From an uncultured Gammaproteobacteria bacterium (GTDB lineage Bacteria; Patescibacteriota; Microgenomatia; 2-02-FULL-39-11), in NCBI GenBank assembly GCA_964362665.1, contig CAYIFB010000001.1, positions 48,308 to 112,307 on the forward strand: a DNA stretch of 64,000 nucleotides, given 5' to 3'. The notes under the pieces were generated by a model that was not told the origin of the DNA, made no database searches, and saw only the letters and a program-made list of their open reading frames with translations. Position 1 is the first letter of the stretch. Each line of letters opens with the position of its first letter. A program made the position numbers and the translations under genes. Shown here piece after piece: positions 18,734-29,469 of the stretch.

Positions 18734-19987
18734 TTCAGATTTTTGAATTTATATATGAAAATACTTCAAATTAATAAATTCTATCATATAGTTGGTGGTG
18801 TAGATCGTTATTTTTTTGAAGTTTCAAATCTTTTGGAAAAGAAAAGTAATAAGATTGCCTATTTCTCGATGCATGACGAGATAAATAAGAATACCAAATG
18901 GTCTAAATATTTTGTTAGTTATGTATCATTTAAAAACATCAATCTTAATAATGGATTAAATGTAATTAGTAGAATGATTTATTCGCTTGAAGCAAGAAAA
19001 AAATTATCATATCTTCTTGATAATTTTACTCCTGATATTGCTCATGTTCATAATATTTACCACCAAATTTCACCCTCGATTATTTCTGAGCTTAAAAAAC
19101 GAAACATTCCAATTATCCACACAGTTGGAGATTATCATCTCATTTCGCCACATCATAATAATTTATTTCATAATGGAAATATCTGTGAAGTAACAAAAAA
19201 ACACAGGTATTATAACGCAATAATTCATAAATGTGTAAAAAATTCCTATATTGCTAGTTTCGTTGAAGTATTAGAACAATATATACATTGGGTTCTAGGA
19301 TTATATACCAAAAATGTTGATTATTATATTTCCCCTAGTACATTTCTTAAACATAAGCTTATTGAACATGGTTTTCCCGAAAGCAAATTACTGATTTTAC
19401 CCTATTTTATTGAATCAAAAAAGTACGATGTGAATTTTTCGAAAAAAAGTTATGTTTTGTACTTTGGAAGATTATCTCCTGAAAAAGGTTTACGTTTTCT
19501 TTTAACTGTTATGAAATTTCTTCCTCATATTCAGCTAAAAGTAATTGGTAAAGGGTCAGAAGGTGAAGTTTTAAAGATGATAGTGAAGAAAGAAAATATT
19601 CAAAATATTCAAATTATTGATCAGTTTATTCCAGAATATCTTTTAAGACGATTCCTTAATAAGAGTGCATTTGTTATTTTACCTTCTATATCTATGGAAA
19701 CATTTGGTATCTCTATTCTCGAGTCTTTTGCTTCTGGAAAACCTATTGTTGCGTCAAGGATAGGAGCGATACCTGAGACTATTAAGGATGGTTATAATGG
19801 TTTTCTTTTTGAATCTGGAAATGTAGATGATTGTGCTGAAAAAATAAGTAAATTATGGAATAATCCAACTTTATGTAAAAAAATGGGCAAAAATGCCCGA
19901 AAATATGTAGAAAAGAATTTCAGTTCTGAAGAGCATTATAAAAAGCTTATGAATATTTATAAGAAAGCCATTGAATTACATATATAG
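18710..19987 (+). CDS. Glycosyltransferase family 4
   Basis: ETFGISILESFASGKPIVASRIGAIPETIKDGYNGFLF motif. Confidence 0.75.
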   Translation: MRKKNNIHFRFLNLYMKILQINKFYHIVGGVDRYFFEVSNLLEKKSNKIAYFSMHDEINKNTKWSKYFVSYVSFKNINLNNGLNVISRMIYSLEARKKLSYLLDNFTPDIAHVHNIYHQISPSIISELKKRNIPIIHTVGDYHLISPHHNNLFHNGNICEVTKKHRYYNAIIHKCVKNSYIASFVEVLEQYIHWVLGLYTKNVDYYISPSTFLKHKLIEHGFPESKLLILPYFIESKKYDVNFSKKSYVLYFGRLSPEKGLRFLLTVMKFLPHIQLKVIGKGSEGEVLKMIVKKENIQNIQIIDQFIPEYLLRRFLNKSAFVILPSISMETFGISILESFASGKPIVASRIGAIPETIKDGYNGFLFESGNVDDCAEKISKLWNNPTLCKKMGKNARKYVEKNFSSEEHYKKLMNIYKKAIELHI

Positions 19988-20008
19988 ATAGTATATACAT
20001 TCATTATA

Positions 20009-21994
20009 GTGAAAAAATATATCCTTTTAATTTCAGTTTTGTTATTATTAATTCTTGCTCTAAAAATCTCCGTACCTAAGAAGTCAAACCTAAAATTATA
20101 CTGGTTTATTCCGGACGGCGTACGTGCTGAGCCTGATTTATTCAATATGTTTAAATGGGCTCAGGAAGGTAAACTTCCGAATATTAAAAAATTGATGGAC
20201 CGTGGATCATACGGTTATTCCTTCCCAAGCTTTCCCAGCCATACTCCGACCAATTTTGCTACTCTACTTACCGGATCTTATCCTGAGGTTCATGGAGTGA
20301 ATGACGGACCGATGCACATTTTGGGAAAGTCATTGGATAAAGTGGCTATAGGAGGGTTCCGGTCAGTGGCAAAAAAGGTTTCTCCCATTTGGAAGACGCT
20401 TGAAGAGGCAGGACTGAAAGTTGCCCTATTATCAATCCCTGGTTCTACCCCTCCGGAGATAAATAAAGGTGTAGTATTGCGTGGTAGATGGGGTGGTTGG
20501 GGAGCTGATTTTAATGCAATCAACTTTGAAACAAAAGGAAATCTTAGTCAAAGGATTCTTCAGGGGAGAGCTGTTCATTTATTTTATTTTGGTCCTGAAC
20601 TTACCCAATATATGGATGGAATTACTCCAAAGGATTGGGATAATCCTCCGAAAAGTTATTCGCCGGCGATGGAGGTAGTTTTGACAGGTTGGGGTAGTCC
20701 GGTATACGCATACATATACGATTCAAAGGACGATAAAATAAAAAATTATGACAAAGTGGCCTTTTCTCTTGATAAGAAGAATATAGTGGCCGATTTACTA
20801 CCCGGACAATGGAGTTCCTGGCAGCCAATTACACTGAAATGGAAAGCGGAAGATAAGGTAACGGATGTAGCTTCATTTATAAAAGTAACGGTTATTAAGC
20901 TTGATGGTGACGGATTTTTCCGGATAAGAGTAATTTACGATAATATGAATAAATTTATCACATTTCCTGAAGAGGCGTCAGATAAAATGGAGGCTTCAGT
21001 TGGTCCCATGGTTGATTTTGCTGATAACTATCCGGCACAGCTTATCTATTATCCGGAGGACAAAAAAACTTTTCAGGACGAGGCAGAAATGTCTTTTGAT
21101 TGGCACCAGAAAGCCGTTTCTGCCTTAATTAGCAATTTTTCACCGCAGGTGGTAATACACGATATCTATACTCCCAACCAGATGCTTACCAGCCGTTGGT
21201 GGATGGGTTATGTAGACCCCAAAAGTGCAAAGTATAAGAATGTATCAGATAGTGAGCGCCAGAAGCTTTGGGAAGAGGTACAGGGGATGTATAAACGTCT
21301 TGATGATATAGCAGGCGAAATCCTCAAAGTCGCGGATAAGGATACTTATGTAGTGTTCAGTTCAGATCATGGGGCGGTGCCCTTGGATCGAAGTGTGAAT
21401 TTAAATAATTTATTTGCACAAAAAGGCTGGTTGAAATTTACGATCAATCCGCAAAACGGCGAACCGATAATAGACTGGAAAAATACCAAAGTAATATATC
21501 TGAAAATGACACATGTTTATATCAACCCAGGTGGGCTTGTAGGCGATTATAAAAGGGCAAGCGGCATAGAGTATGAAAATCTGCGAAATCAGGTTGTCGA
21601 AGCATTGAAAAGCCTTCAGGATGATAATGGCGATAAACCTTTGACCCAGGTGGTGAAATGGGAGGAGGCAAAACAGTTTATGAGGCTTGATCCTGACAGG
21701 ATTGGAGATCTGGTTATAGCAAATGCTCCGGGTTACGGCTGGAATGAAGAAATGACCTCTGACCTTAAAATATTTTCTACATCACTTATATCAGGGTACA
21801 AACAGGCGATTGAATCAAAAGACGTTAAAGGTATGTGGACTCCATTTATCATATCAGGACCCGGAATAAAAGAGAATTATTATTTAGGGGATAAGCCTTT
21901 TGAGCAGATAAACCAATATCCGACCATTATGAAAGCTTTGAAGATAAAGATCCCCGATTTTGTTCAAGGAAAATCACTAAATGTCTTTCAATAA
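20009..21994 (+). CDS. Secreted alkaline-phosphatase-superfamily enzyme, nucleotide pyrophosphatase/phosphodiesterase (NPP)-like
   Basis: Signal peptide. FIPDGVRAEP…YSFPSFPSHTPTNFATLLTGSYPEVHGV resembles the NPP/AlkP metal-site region. SSDHGAVPL motif. Confidence 0.55.
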   Translation: MKKYILLISVLLLLILALKISVPKKSNLKLYWFIPDGVRAEPDLFNMFKWAQEGKLPNIKKLMDRGSYGYSFPSFPSHTPTNFATLLTGSYPEVHGVNDGPMHILGKSLDKVAIGGFRSVAKKVSPIWKTLEEAGLKVALLSIPGSTPPEINKGVVLRGRWGGWGADFNAINFETKGNLSQRILQGRAVHLFYFGPELTQYMDGITPKDWDNPPKSYSPAMEVVLTGWGSPVYAYIYDSKDDKIKNYDKVAFSLDKKNIVADLLPGQWSSWQPITLKWKAEDKVTDVASFIKVTVIKLDGDGFFRIRVIYDNMNKFITFPEEASDKMEASVGPMVDFADNYPAQLIYYPEDKKTFQDEAEMSFDWHQKAVSALISNFSPQVVIHDIYTPNQMLTSRWWMGYVDPKSAKYKNVSDSERQKLWEEVQGMYKRLDDIAGEILKVADKDTYVVFSSDHGAVPLDRSVNLNNLFAQKGWLKFTINPQNGEPIIDWKNTKVIYLKMTHVYINPGGLVGDYKRASGIEYENLRNQVVEALKSLQDDNGDKPLTQVVKWEEAKQFMRLDPDRIGDLVIANAPGYGWNEEMTSDLKIFSTSLISGYKQAIESKDVKGMWTPFIISGPGIKENYYLGDKPFEQINQYPTIMKALKIKIPDFVQGKSLNVFQ

Positions 21995-23567
21995 ATCTCT
22001 AACCAATCTACCCAAAATTACCAAGCTAGTTATTATTGGTATTGTTTTAGCAGGCTTTGGAACCTGGCAATTGTTTTTTTTAAAGACCGCATTAAATATA
22101 GATATACCAATGAAAGTTAGTAATATATTCTCAAACTCAATTCTTCCTGACGGATTCTGTAAAGACTGTAATGTAATTTTGATTTCTTTGGATACTTTGC
22201 GGGCAAAAAGTCTTCCCTGTTACGGATATGAAAAGGATACTGCTCCAAATTTATGTAATTTTGCCAAGGAATCATTTTTGTTTACGAATACTTATAGTCC
22301 GAGTCCAAAGACACTCGATAGTCATTTTTCAATTTTTACTTCTCTGTATCCCCTATCACATAAGATGACGGTTCCATTTTCCAGTAACCTGAGTACAAAG
22401 ATATTAACTATAACTCAAGTTTTAAAATCAAACGGTTATGATACTTTATATGCAGGTCCTCCTACTGACCCAAATTTGCCTTTAAAGCGCGGGTTGGGAC
22501 GAGATTTCGATACTATTATTGGAGCCGGTGATCCTGATGCCTGGATAAAAAGCATAAACAGCAGTATTGCTCAAAATAAAAAATTCTTTGCATTTTTACA
22601 TACTTATTGGGTGCATGAACCATATATACCGATAAGAGAAAACATAACAAAATATTATTCCGGTAATGTCGATAATTATATTTCGTGGGATCAATTATGT
22701 GAAAAAACATACAAAAAACTTCTCATTCTTCATCCAGAAAGATTTATATCTAGCATGGGATACAATAAGAAACAAATAAACTATTGTGAAAAAATTAAAA
22801 GTTATGGAAATGCGTATGCTTATTCTATGTCTAATGATGAACATGAACAATTTTATACTACTCAAATTGATTCTTATTGGAACGTTTTTGATTCAATCGT
22901 GTTAAACAAGAAAAAAGTGTATATGCAGGCATTGTACGAAACAAGAATCTATGAATTAGATCTGGAAATGAAAAAGTTTTTTAATTTCTTAGAAAACAAG
23001 AATTTGTTAAGTAATACTATCGTCATTATCACTTCTGATCACGGAGAAGAGTTTTATGAGCACGGAAACAGGTCACACGGATTTAATTTATATAACGAAG
23101 TGACAAAAGTACCGTTAATAATATATGTTCCCAAATCTAAAGGGCAAATGATTGATAAGTTGGCAAGCAGTATTGATATAACACCAAGTATTTTACACCT
23201 TCTCAATATCAAAGTCCCTTTACAGTTTTTAGGTATAAATCTTTTTTCAAAAAATGATAATGATTACATAATCAGTCAAAATTATAATATCCAAAAACAA
23301 TCAATTATTTCAAAAGATTGGAAATTACTTATAAATATAGATAATAAAGATAATAAAAAGACTCGGGAATTGTATAGTCAAAAATCAGATCCGGGTGAAC
23401 AAAATAATCTTGAGGAAATAAATAATACTATTGCTGATCAACTTGAACAGAGGTTAAATACGATTTTGTCAAAACAACCTGTTTATGAACCTGAAAAGAT
23501 TGACACTTTACCTACCTGGATAGACGAAAAGCAAAGGAAGAAGCTGATTGAGACCGGATATTTTTAG
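21981..23567 (+). CDS. Sulfatase-family (alkaline phosphatase superfamily) protein. It lacks a C/S-x-P-x-R formylglycine motif, so it is more likely a phosphotransferase/hydrolase than a true sulfatase.
   Basis: N-terminal TM helix. CNVILISLDTLRAKSLPCYGYEKDTAPNL and ITSDHGEEFYEHGNRSHG motifs. Confidence 0.6.
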   Translation: MSFNKSLTNLPKITKLVIIGIVLAGFGTWQLFFLKTALNIDIPMKVSNIFSNSILPDGFCKDCNVILISLDTLRAKSLPCYGYEKDTAPNLCNFAKESFLFTNTYSPSPKTLDSHFSIFTSLYPLSHKMTVPFSSNLSTKILTITQVLKSNGYDTLYAGPPTDPNLPLKRGLGRDFDTIIGAGDPDAWIKSINSSIAQNKKFFAFLHTYWVHEPYIPIRENITKYYSGNVDNYISWDQLCEKTYKKLLILHPERFISSMGYNKKQINYCEKIKSYGNAYAYSMSNDEHEQFYTTQIDSYWNVFDSIVLNKKKVYMQALYETRIYELDLEMKKFFNFLENKNLLSNTIVIITSDHGEEFYEHGNRSHGFNLYNEVTKVPLIIYVPKSKGQMIDKLASSIDITPSILHLLNIKVPLQFLGINLFSKNDNDYIISQNYNIQKQSIISKDWKLLINIDNKDNKKTRELYSQKSDPGEQNNLEEINNTIADQLEQRLNTILSKQPVYEPEKIDTLPTWIDEKQRKKLIETGYF

Positions 23568-23573
23568 TGTTAG

Positions 23574-24182
23574 CTAATTGCACCGAATTGAATTAAGAAT
23601 AGAATTATACTTTGGTTGATTTGCTTCATAAAATTTTTTCGGAGAAAATATTTCCAATTGGTATACTTTATTTTGTTTTTGGCAGTAGAAAAGAGTAAAT
23701 ATCCCTCTATATTCCGCTTGGTCATCTGTGCAGGCTCCGTAAGTCATACGGCTGTTTAAAAAATCTGAGAAATGGGTAATGTTTATTTCGTTTATCAAAT
23801 CAGATTTAATGTCGGGTTTGAATTTTTCATCACAGCTTATCGTATCGCTTATCTCCCCCGGATATGGGGAGCGGGTATTTTCAAACAGAGCTTTCATGCG
23901 CGTTATTTGTGCATTTATATATCTATCAGCCGTTTCCTGTTTTACATCTGACCTGATTTCAATTCTTAAATAATCCTGATTATGACTAAAGAGCGCTCGG
24001 TATACGCTTTTGGAGTCTTCATAAATATCTTTAAGATTAAATTTATCTATTTCTTCAAAATATAAACATTTGATTTTGGAACAGTAGGAATATTTTGTTG
24101 TTATCATAACTGATGCTACTATTATTAGTATGAATAGAAAAATGAATCTGAAATTCATAAGTATCCTGCTTTTTAGTTTCAT
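23574..24182 (-). CDS. Hypothetical membrane-anchored/secreted protein
   Basis: N-terminal hydrophobic segment, no recognisable domain. Its 5' end overlaps the divergent sulfatase ORF start, so one or both start codons are probably internal. Confidence 0.35.
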   Translation of the reverse strand: MKLKSRILMNFRFIFLFILIIVASVMITTKYSYCSKIKCLYFEEIDKFNLKDIYEDSKSVYRALFSHNQDYLRIEIRSDVKQETADRYINAQITRMKALFENTRSPYPGEISDTISCDEKFKPDIKSDLINEINITHFSDFLNSRMTYGACTDDQAEYRGIFTLFYCQKQNKVYQLEIFSPKKFYEANQPKYNSILNSIRCN

Positions 24183-25485
24183 TCTTGTTTACCTTTTATA
24201 TCTTATTATAAAGAATCCAGGCAAACAGACAATAAGCTGTCCTGACTGCAACGTTGTTTTTGTCTCATTTGATACTCTGAGAGCCGACCATCTTCATTTT
24301 ATGGGATATTCCAAAAATACCAGTCCGACTCTGGACAAACTTGCAAGTAACGGGTTTATATTTACAAATGCAGTCAGCGCTTCATCCTGGACGCTTCCGG
24401 CAACCATGAGTTGGTTTACCGGAGTGTATCCATCAGTTCACCAAATTTTAAATAAGTTTACTCTGAAAGGCCCTAACGAGCAGGAAATATCAAATCTTAA
24501 AAAATTATCTCCCGGTCTTTTGACCATGGCTGAAATATTTCAAAAAGACGGATATAAAACAGGAGGGTTTACCGGGGGTGCCGGAGTCAATCATGAGTTT
24601 GGATTTGCTGCAGGCTTTGATGAATATATAGATGATCAGGATTTTGCGGGATTTGAGTATTCTTATCCCAAAGCAGTTGAATGGATTAAGAAGAACAGGA
24701 ACGAGAAATTATTTGTTTTTTTGCACGGATATAATATTCATGGACAATATGTTCCGCCGGAAGGATATGATTTTCGTTTTCTCGACTTTACTTATAAAGG
24801 AAAACTTACAGGATCCAAAGAAGAACAGTTAAATTTGAGAGAAGAGGGTTTAGCGCAAGGTAAATTATTTTTGACTCAGGATGACGTGAGGTTTCTTACA
24901 GCACTGTATGATGAAAAGATAGCAAGGGCAGATGAAGAATTTTCCAAGTTTTATCAGGAGTTTAAAAAGTTGGGACTTCTGGAGAAAACAATCTTTGTCA
25001 TCACCTCAGATCATGGTGAAGAACTTTATGAGCACGGTCAGATAGACCATGGCCATAGTCTTTATCAGGAGGTTATCCATGTACCTCTTTTGATTATTAT
25101 TCCGGGAATTAAAGGTGCTTTAATTTCCCAACAAGTGAGGAGTATAGATCTTTTACCTACAATTTTAACCATAATTGGTGCGGGTACAGATCAAAAAATA
25201 TTTTCTCAATTTCAGGGGAAAAATCTTACTGATACGATGAAAGGAGATAATCTTAATCTTCAGGCGTTTTCCGAAACTGATTACCGGTATGCTGTTTTTA
25301 AAAGAGCGATAACATCAGCGGATAGCTGGAAGTATATAACAGACTTGGAAACATCAAATAATGAATTATATTCTCTGAAAAACGATCCCGGAGAAAAAAT
25401 AAATAGAATAGACACGAACAAAATTGAAAAAGATACATTACGCCTTACTTTGGAGGAAATAATCAATTCAAATAAACGTAAATAA
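24130..25485 (+). CDS. Sulfatase-family (alkaline phosphatase superfamily) protein, no CxPxR motif
   Basis: CNVVFVSFDTLRADHLHFMGYSKNTSPTLDKL and ITSDHGEELYEHGQIDHGHSLYQE motifs. Paralog of 21981-23567. Confidence 0.6.
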   Translation: MNRKMNLKFISILLFSFILVYLLYLIIKNPGKQTISCPDCNVVFVSFDTLRADHLHFMGYSKNTSPTLDKLASNGFIFTNAVSASSWTLPATMSWFTGVYPSVHQILNKFTLKGPNEQEISNLKKLSPGLLTMAEIFQKDGYKTGGFTGGAGVNHEFGFAAGFDEYIDDQDFAGFEYSYPKAVEWIKKNRNEKLFVFLHGYNIHGQYVPPEGYDFRFLDFTYKGKLTGSKEEQLNLREEGLAQGKLFLTQDDVRFLTALYDEKIARADEEFSKFYQEFKKLGLLEKTIFVITSDHGEELYEHGQIDHGHSLYQEVIHVPLLIIIPGIKGALISQQVRSIDLLPTILTIIGAGTDQKIFSQFQGKNLTDTMKGDNLNLQAFSETDYRYAVFKRAITSADSWKYITDLETSNNELYSLKNDPGEKINRIDTNKIEKDTLRLTLEEIINSNKRK

Positions 25486-25489
25486 CCTT

Positions 25490-27616
25490 TTACTTCAGTA
25501 GCGGACATGAGTTTCCAAACCACTTAAATTTGCATGGCCCTATATCGGTACTTAGGCCTAAAATATCAAGCTGAAACTGTAACAGAGGAATACTCAATTG
25601 CGGTTCTCCCTTACCCCGAAGTGTACTTCCGAATCCAATATTAAAATCCATTCCATTGGCATTTTTAAAAATAGACAAGTCGGTATTAATTGATTTTATA
25701 TTCCATAGTTTATTTCCGGTTGTTTTATCCATTTTTATATCCTGAATATTACTTATAAAAGCATTATAGTCCATTGCTACTTTTTCAGGGTTTGCAGGGT
25801 CTAATTGAATTCCAATACCATTATAGAGAATTACATTATTCTTAATAACCGTATTTTCATGTCTTGTTTTAAAAACCGTGGGATCATAATCGGCCACTCC
25901 TTCCGGGTTAGCTAAATTTATTCCGGTAGATGAATATCCCACTAAATTATTAAGAAATACATTATTATTTGCTTCAATTTGTCTTGGATAGACGTGTATT
26001 GCGTCTCCCGTATTATTCAAAATAATATTGTTGGTTAATTTAATACCACTGGCGTTACTGATAAATATCCCATGAGCATATCCTTTTCCATTATGTTTTT
26101 CGTCGCAATTTGAATATCCGGAATTATTTCTTATAATGTTTCCTGTAACAATAGTGTTGAGATATTTACCGCCAAAAAATTTCAGCCCGCCACAGGCAGA
26201 AATACTTTGACAAACATTTTCTATAACATTATTTTCAATATAAATATCACTTATTCTTCCGGCATCCTTTTCGTAACCAAACATGTGTATTCCGTACATC
26301 ATATCGTCGTGAATGTGATTATTCTTAATAAGTGATTTACTGATTTTGGTAAGGGATATATCCGGGGTAGTTGAAAGTAATGAATTGTTATTAAAGTCTG
26401 ATCCAATAATCTTTATATCAGTTATATTAGATGGATAGTTATTTTTACCATTTACCATTATGGAACTGTTTTCGATATTGCTAAATGTACTATTTAATAC
26501 TGTTACATTATTAATGACTGCGCTTTGTTCTACTCCATTAATATTAATTCCATTTTCTGAATATTCTATTTTTATATTCTGAATTTTGATATTAGAAATG
26601 ATATTGTTTGCTTGTGGATTTATAATTAACGCACTATATCCGCCAAAAAATCGGAACGTAAGACCGTTAATTTCAATATTAGATGCATTATTCAATTCGA
26701 TCCCATTTGATTGGTTACTTATCTCAATATTTAATTTCTGAGGTTTTTGATCTCCAAGTGGCCAAAGAAATAATCGTTTAGTATCTTGGTCATAATACCA
26801 CTCTCCAGGTGCATCGAGCAGTTTAAATCTGTTTTCTATGTAATATTTAGAATATGGGCCGATTCCCTTTTCATTTGAGCCAAAAAAGGAGAATCCGATA
26901 GGACCTTTAAAATAAAGTTTTCCGTTAATACTATCAAATGAATCTATTTCTTTGTTCCAGATAAAATTACCACATCTCGATCCTCCATCGACTATATGAA
27001 CAGTTGCTCCACTAAGGTAGGCTTCACCTTTTAAATGAATTTTATCAACGAGAACTTTATCGGATAATTCAGAATCAGATAATGACCACCAATTTTCGCT
27101 TATTCTCCCATTTACAGGTGGTATATAATTGGGAGATCTGGCCACGTTTAATTTTTTTACCGTAGCATCAGAGGCTATTTCATATAATAATTTTGGAATA
27201 AAATTTTCATTAAGCTTTGTATAAAATATTTTCGAATAATTACTACTAGGAATTTGAGAACAGGATTTATTATCGCATTCTTCCCAAAGATAATCAGATG
27301 ATGGAACTGATCCGGTGAGTATAACTGGTCCTTGAAGATTCGGATCAGCGGTTATTCGTAGTGGAGATTTATTTGTACCCTTATTATTTATAATTATGCT
27401 TTCACGGTACACTCCAGGCAACACAGAGATAGTTGTTCCGGAAGTCGCGGAGTTAATTGCTTTTTGAATTGTTTTAAATGGATTTAATTTTGAACCTTTA
27501 TTAATATCATTTCCAATTGGAGATACATATACTGTGGTATTATTTGATTGTTTTTGAGTATATATAAAAGTGACAACAAAAATAACTATTAGAAGAATAA
27601 ATAGCGTTTTCATCAT
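25490..27616 (-). CDS. Secreted right-handed parallel beta-helix repeat protein (pectate-lyase fold, carbohydrate-active or adhesin-like)
   Basis: Signal peptide. Repeated NN(I/V)xxN…G(I/V) beta-helix rungs (NNIILNNTGDAIHV, NNVFLNNLVGYSSTGINL, GNIIRNNSGYS). Confidence 0.6.
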   Translation of the reverse strand: MMKTLFILLIVIFVVTFIYTQKQSNNTTVYVSPIGNDINKGSKLNPFKTIQKAINSATSGTTISVLPGVYRESIIINNKGTNKSPLRITADPNLQGPVILTGSVPSSDYLWEECDNKSCSQIPSSNYSKIFYTKLNENFIPKLLYEIASDATVKKLNVARSPNYIPPVNGRISENWWSLSDSELSDKVLVDKIHLKGEAYLSGATVHIVDGGSRCGNFIWNKEIDSFDSINGKLYFKGPIGFSFFGSNEKGIGPYSKYYIENRFKLLDAPGEWYYDQDTKRLFLWPLGDQKPQKLNIEISNQSNGIELNNASNIEINGLTFRFFGGYSALIINPQANNIISNIKIQNIKIEYSENGININGVEQSAVINNVTVLNSTFSNIENSSIMVNGKNNYPSNITDIKIIGSDFNNNSLLSTTPDISLTKISKSLIKNNHIHDDMMYGIHMFGYEKDAGRISDIYIENNVIENVCQSISACGGLKFFGGKYLNTIVTGNIIRNNSGYSNCDEKHNGKGYAHGIFISNASGIKLTNNIILNNTGDAIHVYPRQIEANNNVFLNNLVGYSSTGINLANPEGVADYDPTVFKTRHENTVIKNNVILYNGIGIQLDPANPEKVAMDYNAFISNIQDIKMDKTTGNKLWNIKSINTDLSIFKNANGMDFNIGFGSTLRGKGEPQLSIPLLQFQLDILGLSTDIGPCKFKWFGNSCPLLK

Positions 27617-27732
27617 TTTAAATAGATTAGAATTTAAATTTATATTATGATTATATAATATTCTTAAGAAGCTGATAGTAGTATTAAATTTCTAAGTAAA
27701 TAGATTTTTATTAACATTTTATTATAATAAGA

Positions 27733-29469
27733 ATGTGCGGCATTGTAGGAAAAATATATTTTCATCCTCATACGATTCAAAAATCAAAAGAGAGTGTTCT
27801 TATTCAAAAGTCTCTTGAAAAACTGCACCATCGGGGTCCTGATGATAGGGGATATTATATAGATGAAAATGTTTGGTTGGGATCGACCCGGTTAAAAATA
27901 CTAGATCTTTCCCCTGCCGGACATCAACCTTTTCAAAACGAAGATAAAAGTTTGTCACTCGTATTTAATGGCGAGATTTATAACTGGAAAGAGATAAAAG
28001 TAAAGTTAAGAAAAAGACATAAGTTTATTTCGCACACAGATGCAGAGGTCTTACTGCATTTATATGAAGAGGAAGGAGTAAATTGCCTCAAATACCTTCG
28101 TGGTATGTTTGCCTTCGCCATTTGGGATAAAAAGAGAGGAGAGTTATTTATAGCACGAGACAGAATCGGGAAAAAACCGGTAAAATATTATTACAACGAT
28201 AAATTTTTTGTATTTGCCTCAGAACTGAAAGCATTTATTGATCATCAGGATGTTCCAAAAGAGATAGATTGGGAAGCTATTGATGAATTTCTTATCTGTC
28301 GATATGTTCTATCACCTAAAACCGGGTTTAAGAATGTCTACAAGCTTCCTCCGGGGCATTATATGAGAGTCATGTCTACTGGAGAAGTTGTGATTAAAAA
28401 ATATTGGCAATTAGATTTCAGTCAAAAATTAGCATTATCAGAGCAAGAATGGCAAAAGTTAATATATGATAAGTTATTAGAATCTGTCCGTTTACGATTG
28501 CAAAGCGATGTTCCACTGGGAGTACATTTATCAGGGGGAATTGACTCAAGTTTGATTACAGCTTTGGTAAGTTTGGAGTCAAAGAAACAAGTAACAACCT
28601 TTTCTATAGGATTCGAAGAATCAGAATACAATGAACTTCCTTATGCACAACTTGTGACAGATCGATACAATACAGATCATCATTCCATGATAGTTAGATC
28701 TGATGTAATAAATCTCCTTCCGCAATTGATTTATCAATACGAAGAACCTTTTGCCGATCCTTCGATGCTTCCCACCTGGTATTTGATGAGAGAAAGTAAG
28801 AAGTTTATGACAGTAGCGATAAACGGAGAAGGCGGTGATGAGAACTTTGCCGGGTATCCATGGTATTTGTTTACGAGCTTCAATAATATCATGAAAAGAT
28901 TACCTTTAAAAACACAAATGAGCTATATCTTTAAAAAATTATATTCAACAACAAAAAGAAAAGATTTTGATACCTTGGCAAAATATCTGCTATCAAAAAA
29001 AAATTTTTCAAATCTGGACGAACATCTTCACCATGATATAAGCCATTATTTACCGGATGATCTTCTTGTAAAAACAGATATTTCATCGATGGCACATTCT
29101 CTTGAGGTTCGCTCCCCTTTTCTTGATCAGGAATTTGTAGAGCTTTGTGCAAAAATGCCAGCAAATTTGAAGCTTCGGAAATTTCAAAATAAGTATATAC
29201 TAAGAAAAACAGCAGAAAAGCTTATTCCTAGAAAATGTTTCACGAGAAGAAAGCAAGGATTTTTACCTCCGCTTGATCGATGGTATAGAGGAGAGTTATC
29301 AGGATTTATAGCATCTCAGTTATTAGATAAAAAATTTCTTTCTTATAATATTTTTAAAAAGGAAAGTGTAATAAAACTTTTAACAGATCATCAAAATTGG
29401 TCATCTAATAACGCCTATATATTGTGGACGATATTATGTTTGAAAAATTGGTTAGATGAATGGTTTTAA
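27733..29469 (+). CDS. asnB: Asparagine synthase (glutamine-hydrolysing), AsnB family
   Basis: MCGIVG N-terminal nucleophile (Cys2). SGGIDSS PP-loop. Located in the glycan locus, as is common for AsnB-like amidotransferases. Confidence 0.8.
   Translation: MCGIVGKIYFHPHTIQKSKESVLIQKSLEKLHHRGPDDRGYYIDENVWLGSTRLKILDLSPAGHQPFQNEDKSLSLVFNGEIYNWKEIKVKLRKRHKFISHTDAEVLLHLYEEEGVNCLKYLRGMFAFAIWDKKRGELFIARDRIGKKPVKYYYNDKFFVFASELKAFIDHQDVPKEIDWEAIDEFLICRYVLSPKTGFKNVYKLPPGHYMRVMSTGEVVIKKYWQLDFSQKLALSEQEWQKLIYDKLLESVRLRLQSDVPLGVHLSGGIDSSLITALVSLESKKQVTTFSIGFEESEYNELPYAQLVTDRYNTDHHSMIVRSDVINLLPQLIYQYEEPFADPSMLPTWYLMRESKKFMTVAINGEGGDENFAGYPWYLFTSFNNIMKRLPLKTQMSYIFKKLYSTTKRKDFDTLAKYLLSKKNFSNLDEHLHHDISHYLPDDLLVKTDISSMAHSLEVRSPFLDQEFVELCAKMPANLKLRKFQNKYILRKTAEKLIPRKCFTRRKQGFLPPLDRWYRGELSGFIASQLLDKKFLSYNIFKKESVIKLLTDHQNWSSNNAYILWTILCLKNWLDEWF

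Noticed and set aside
21981-25485. True sulfatases implying sulfated glycans
   Set aside because: Neither protein shows the C/S-x-P-x-R formylglycine motif near the N-terminal metal site. Only the generic alkaline-phosphatase-superfamily motifs (including SDHGE) are present.
27733-29469. AsnB homologue as a possible lasso-peptide cyclase for the Cys-rich peptides
   Set aside because: It keeps the N-terminal Cys2 (MCGIVG) glutaminase nucleophile typical of genuine asparagine synthases and AsnB-like amidotransferases of glycan loci. It lies 5 kb away, inside the glycosyltransferase block. No B2 protease or lasso-like core sequence is present.
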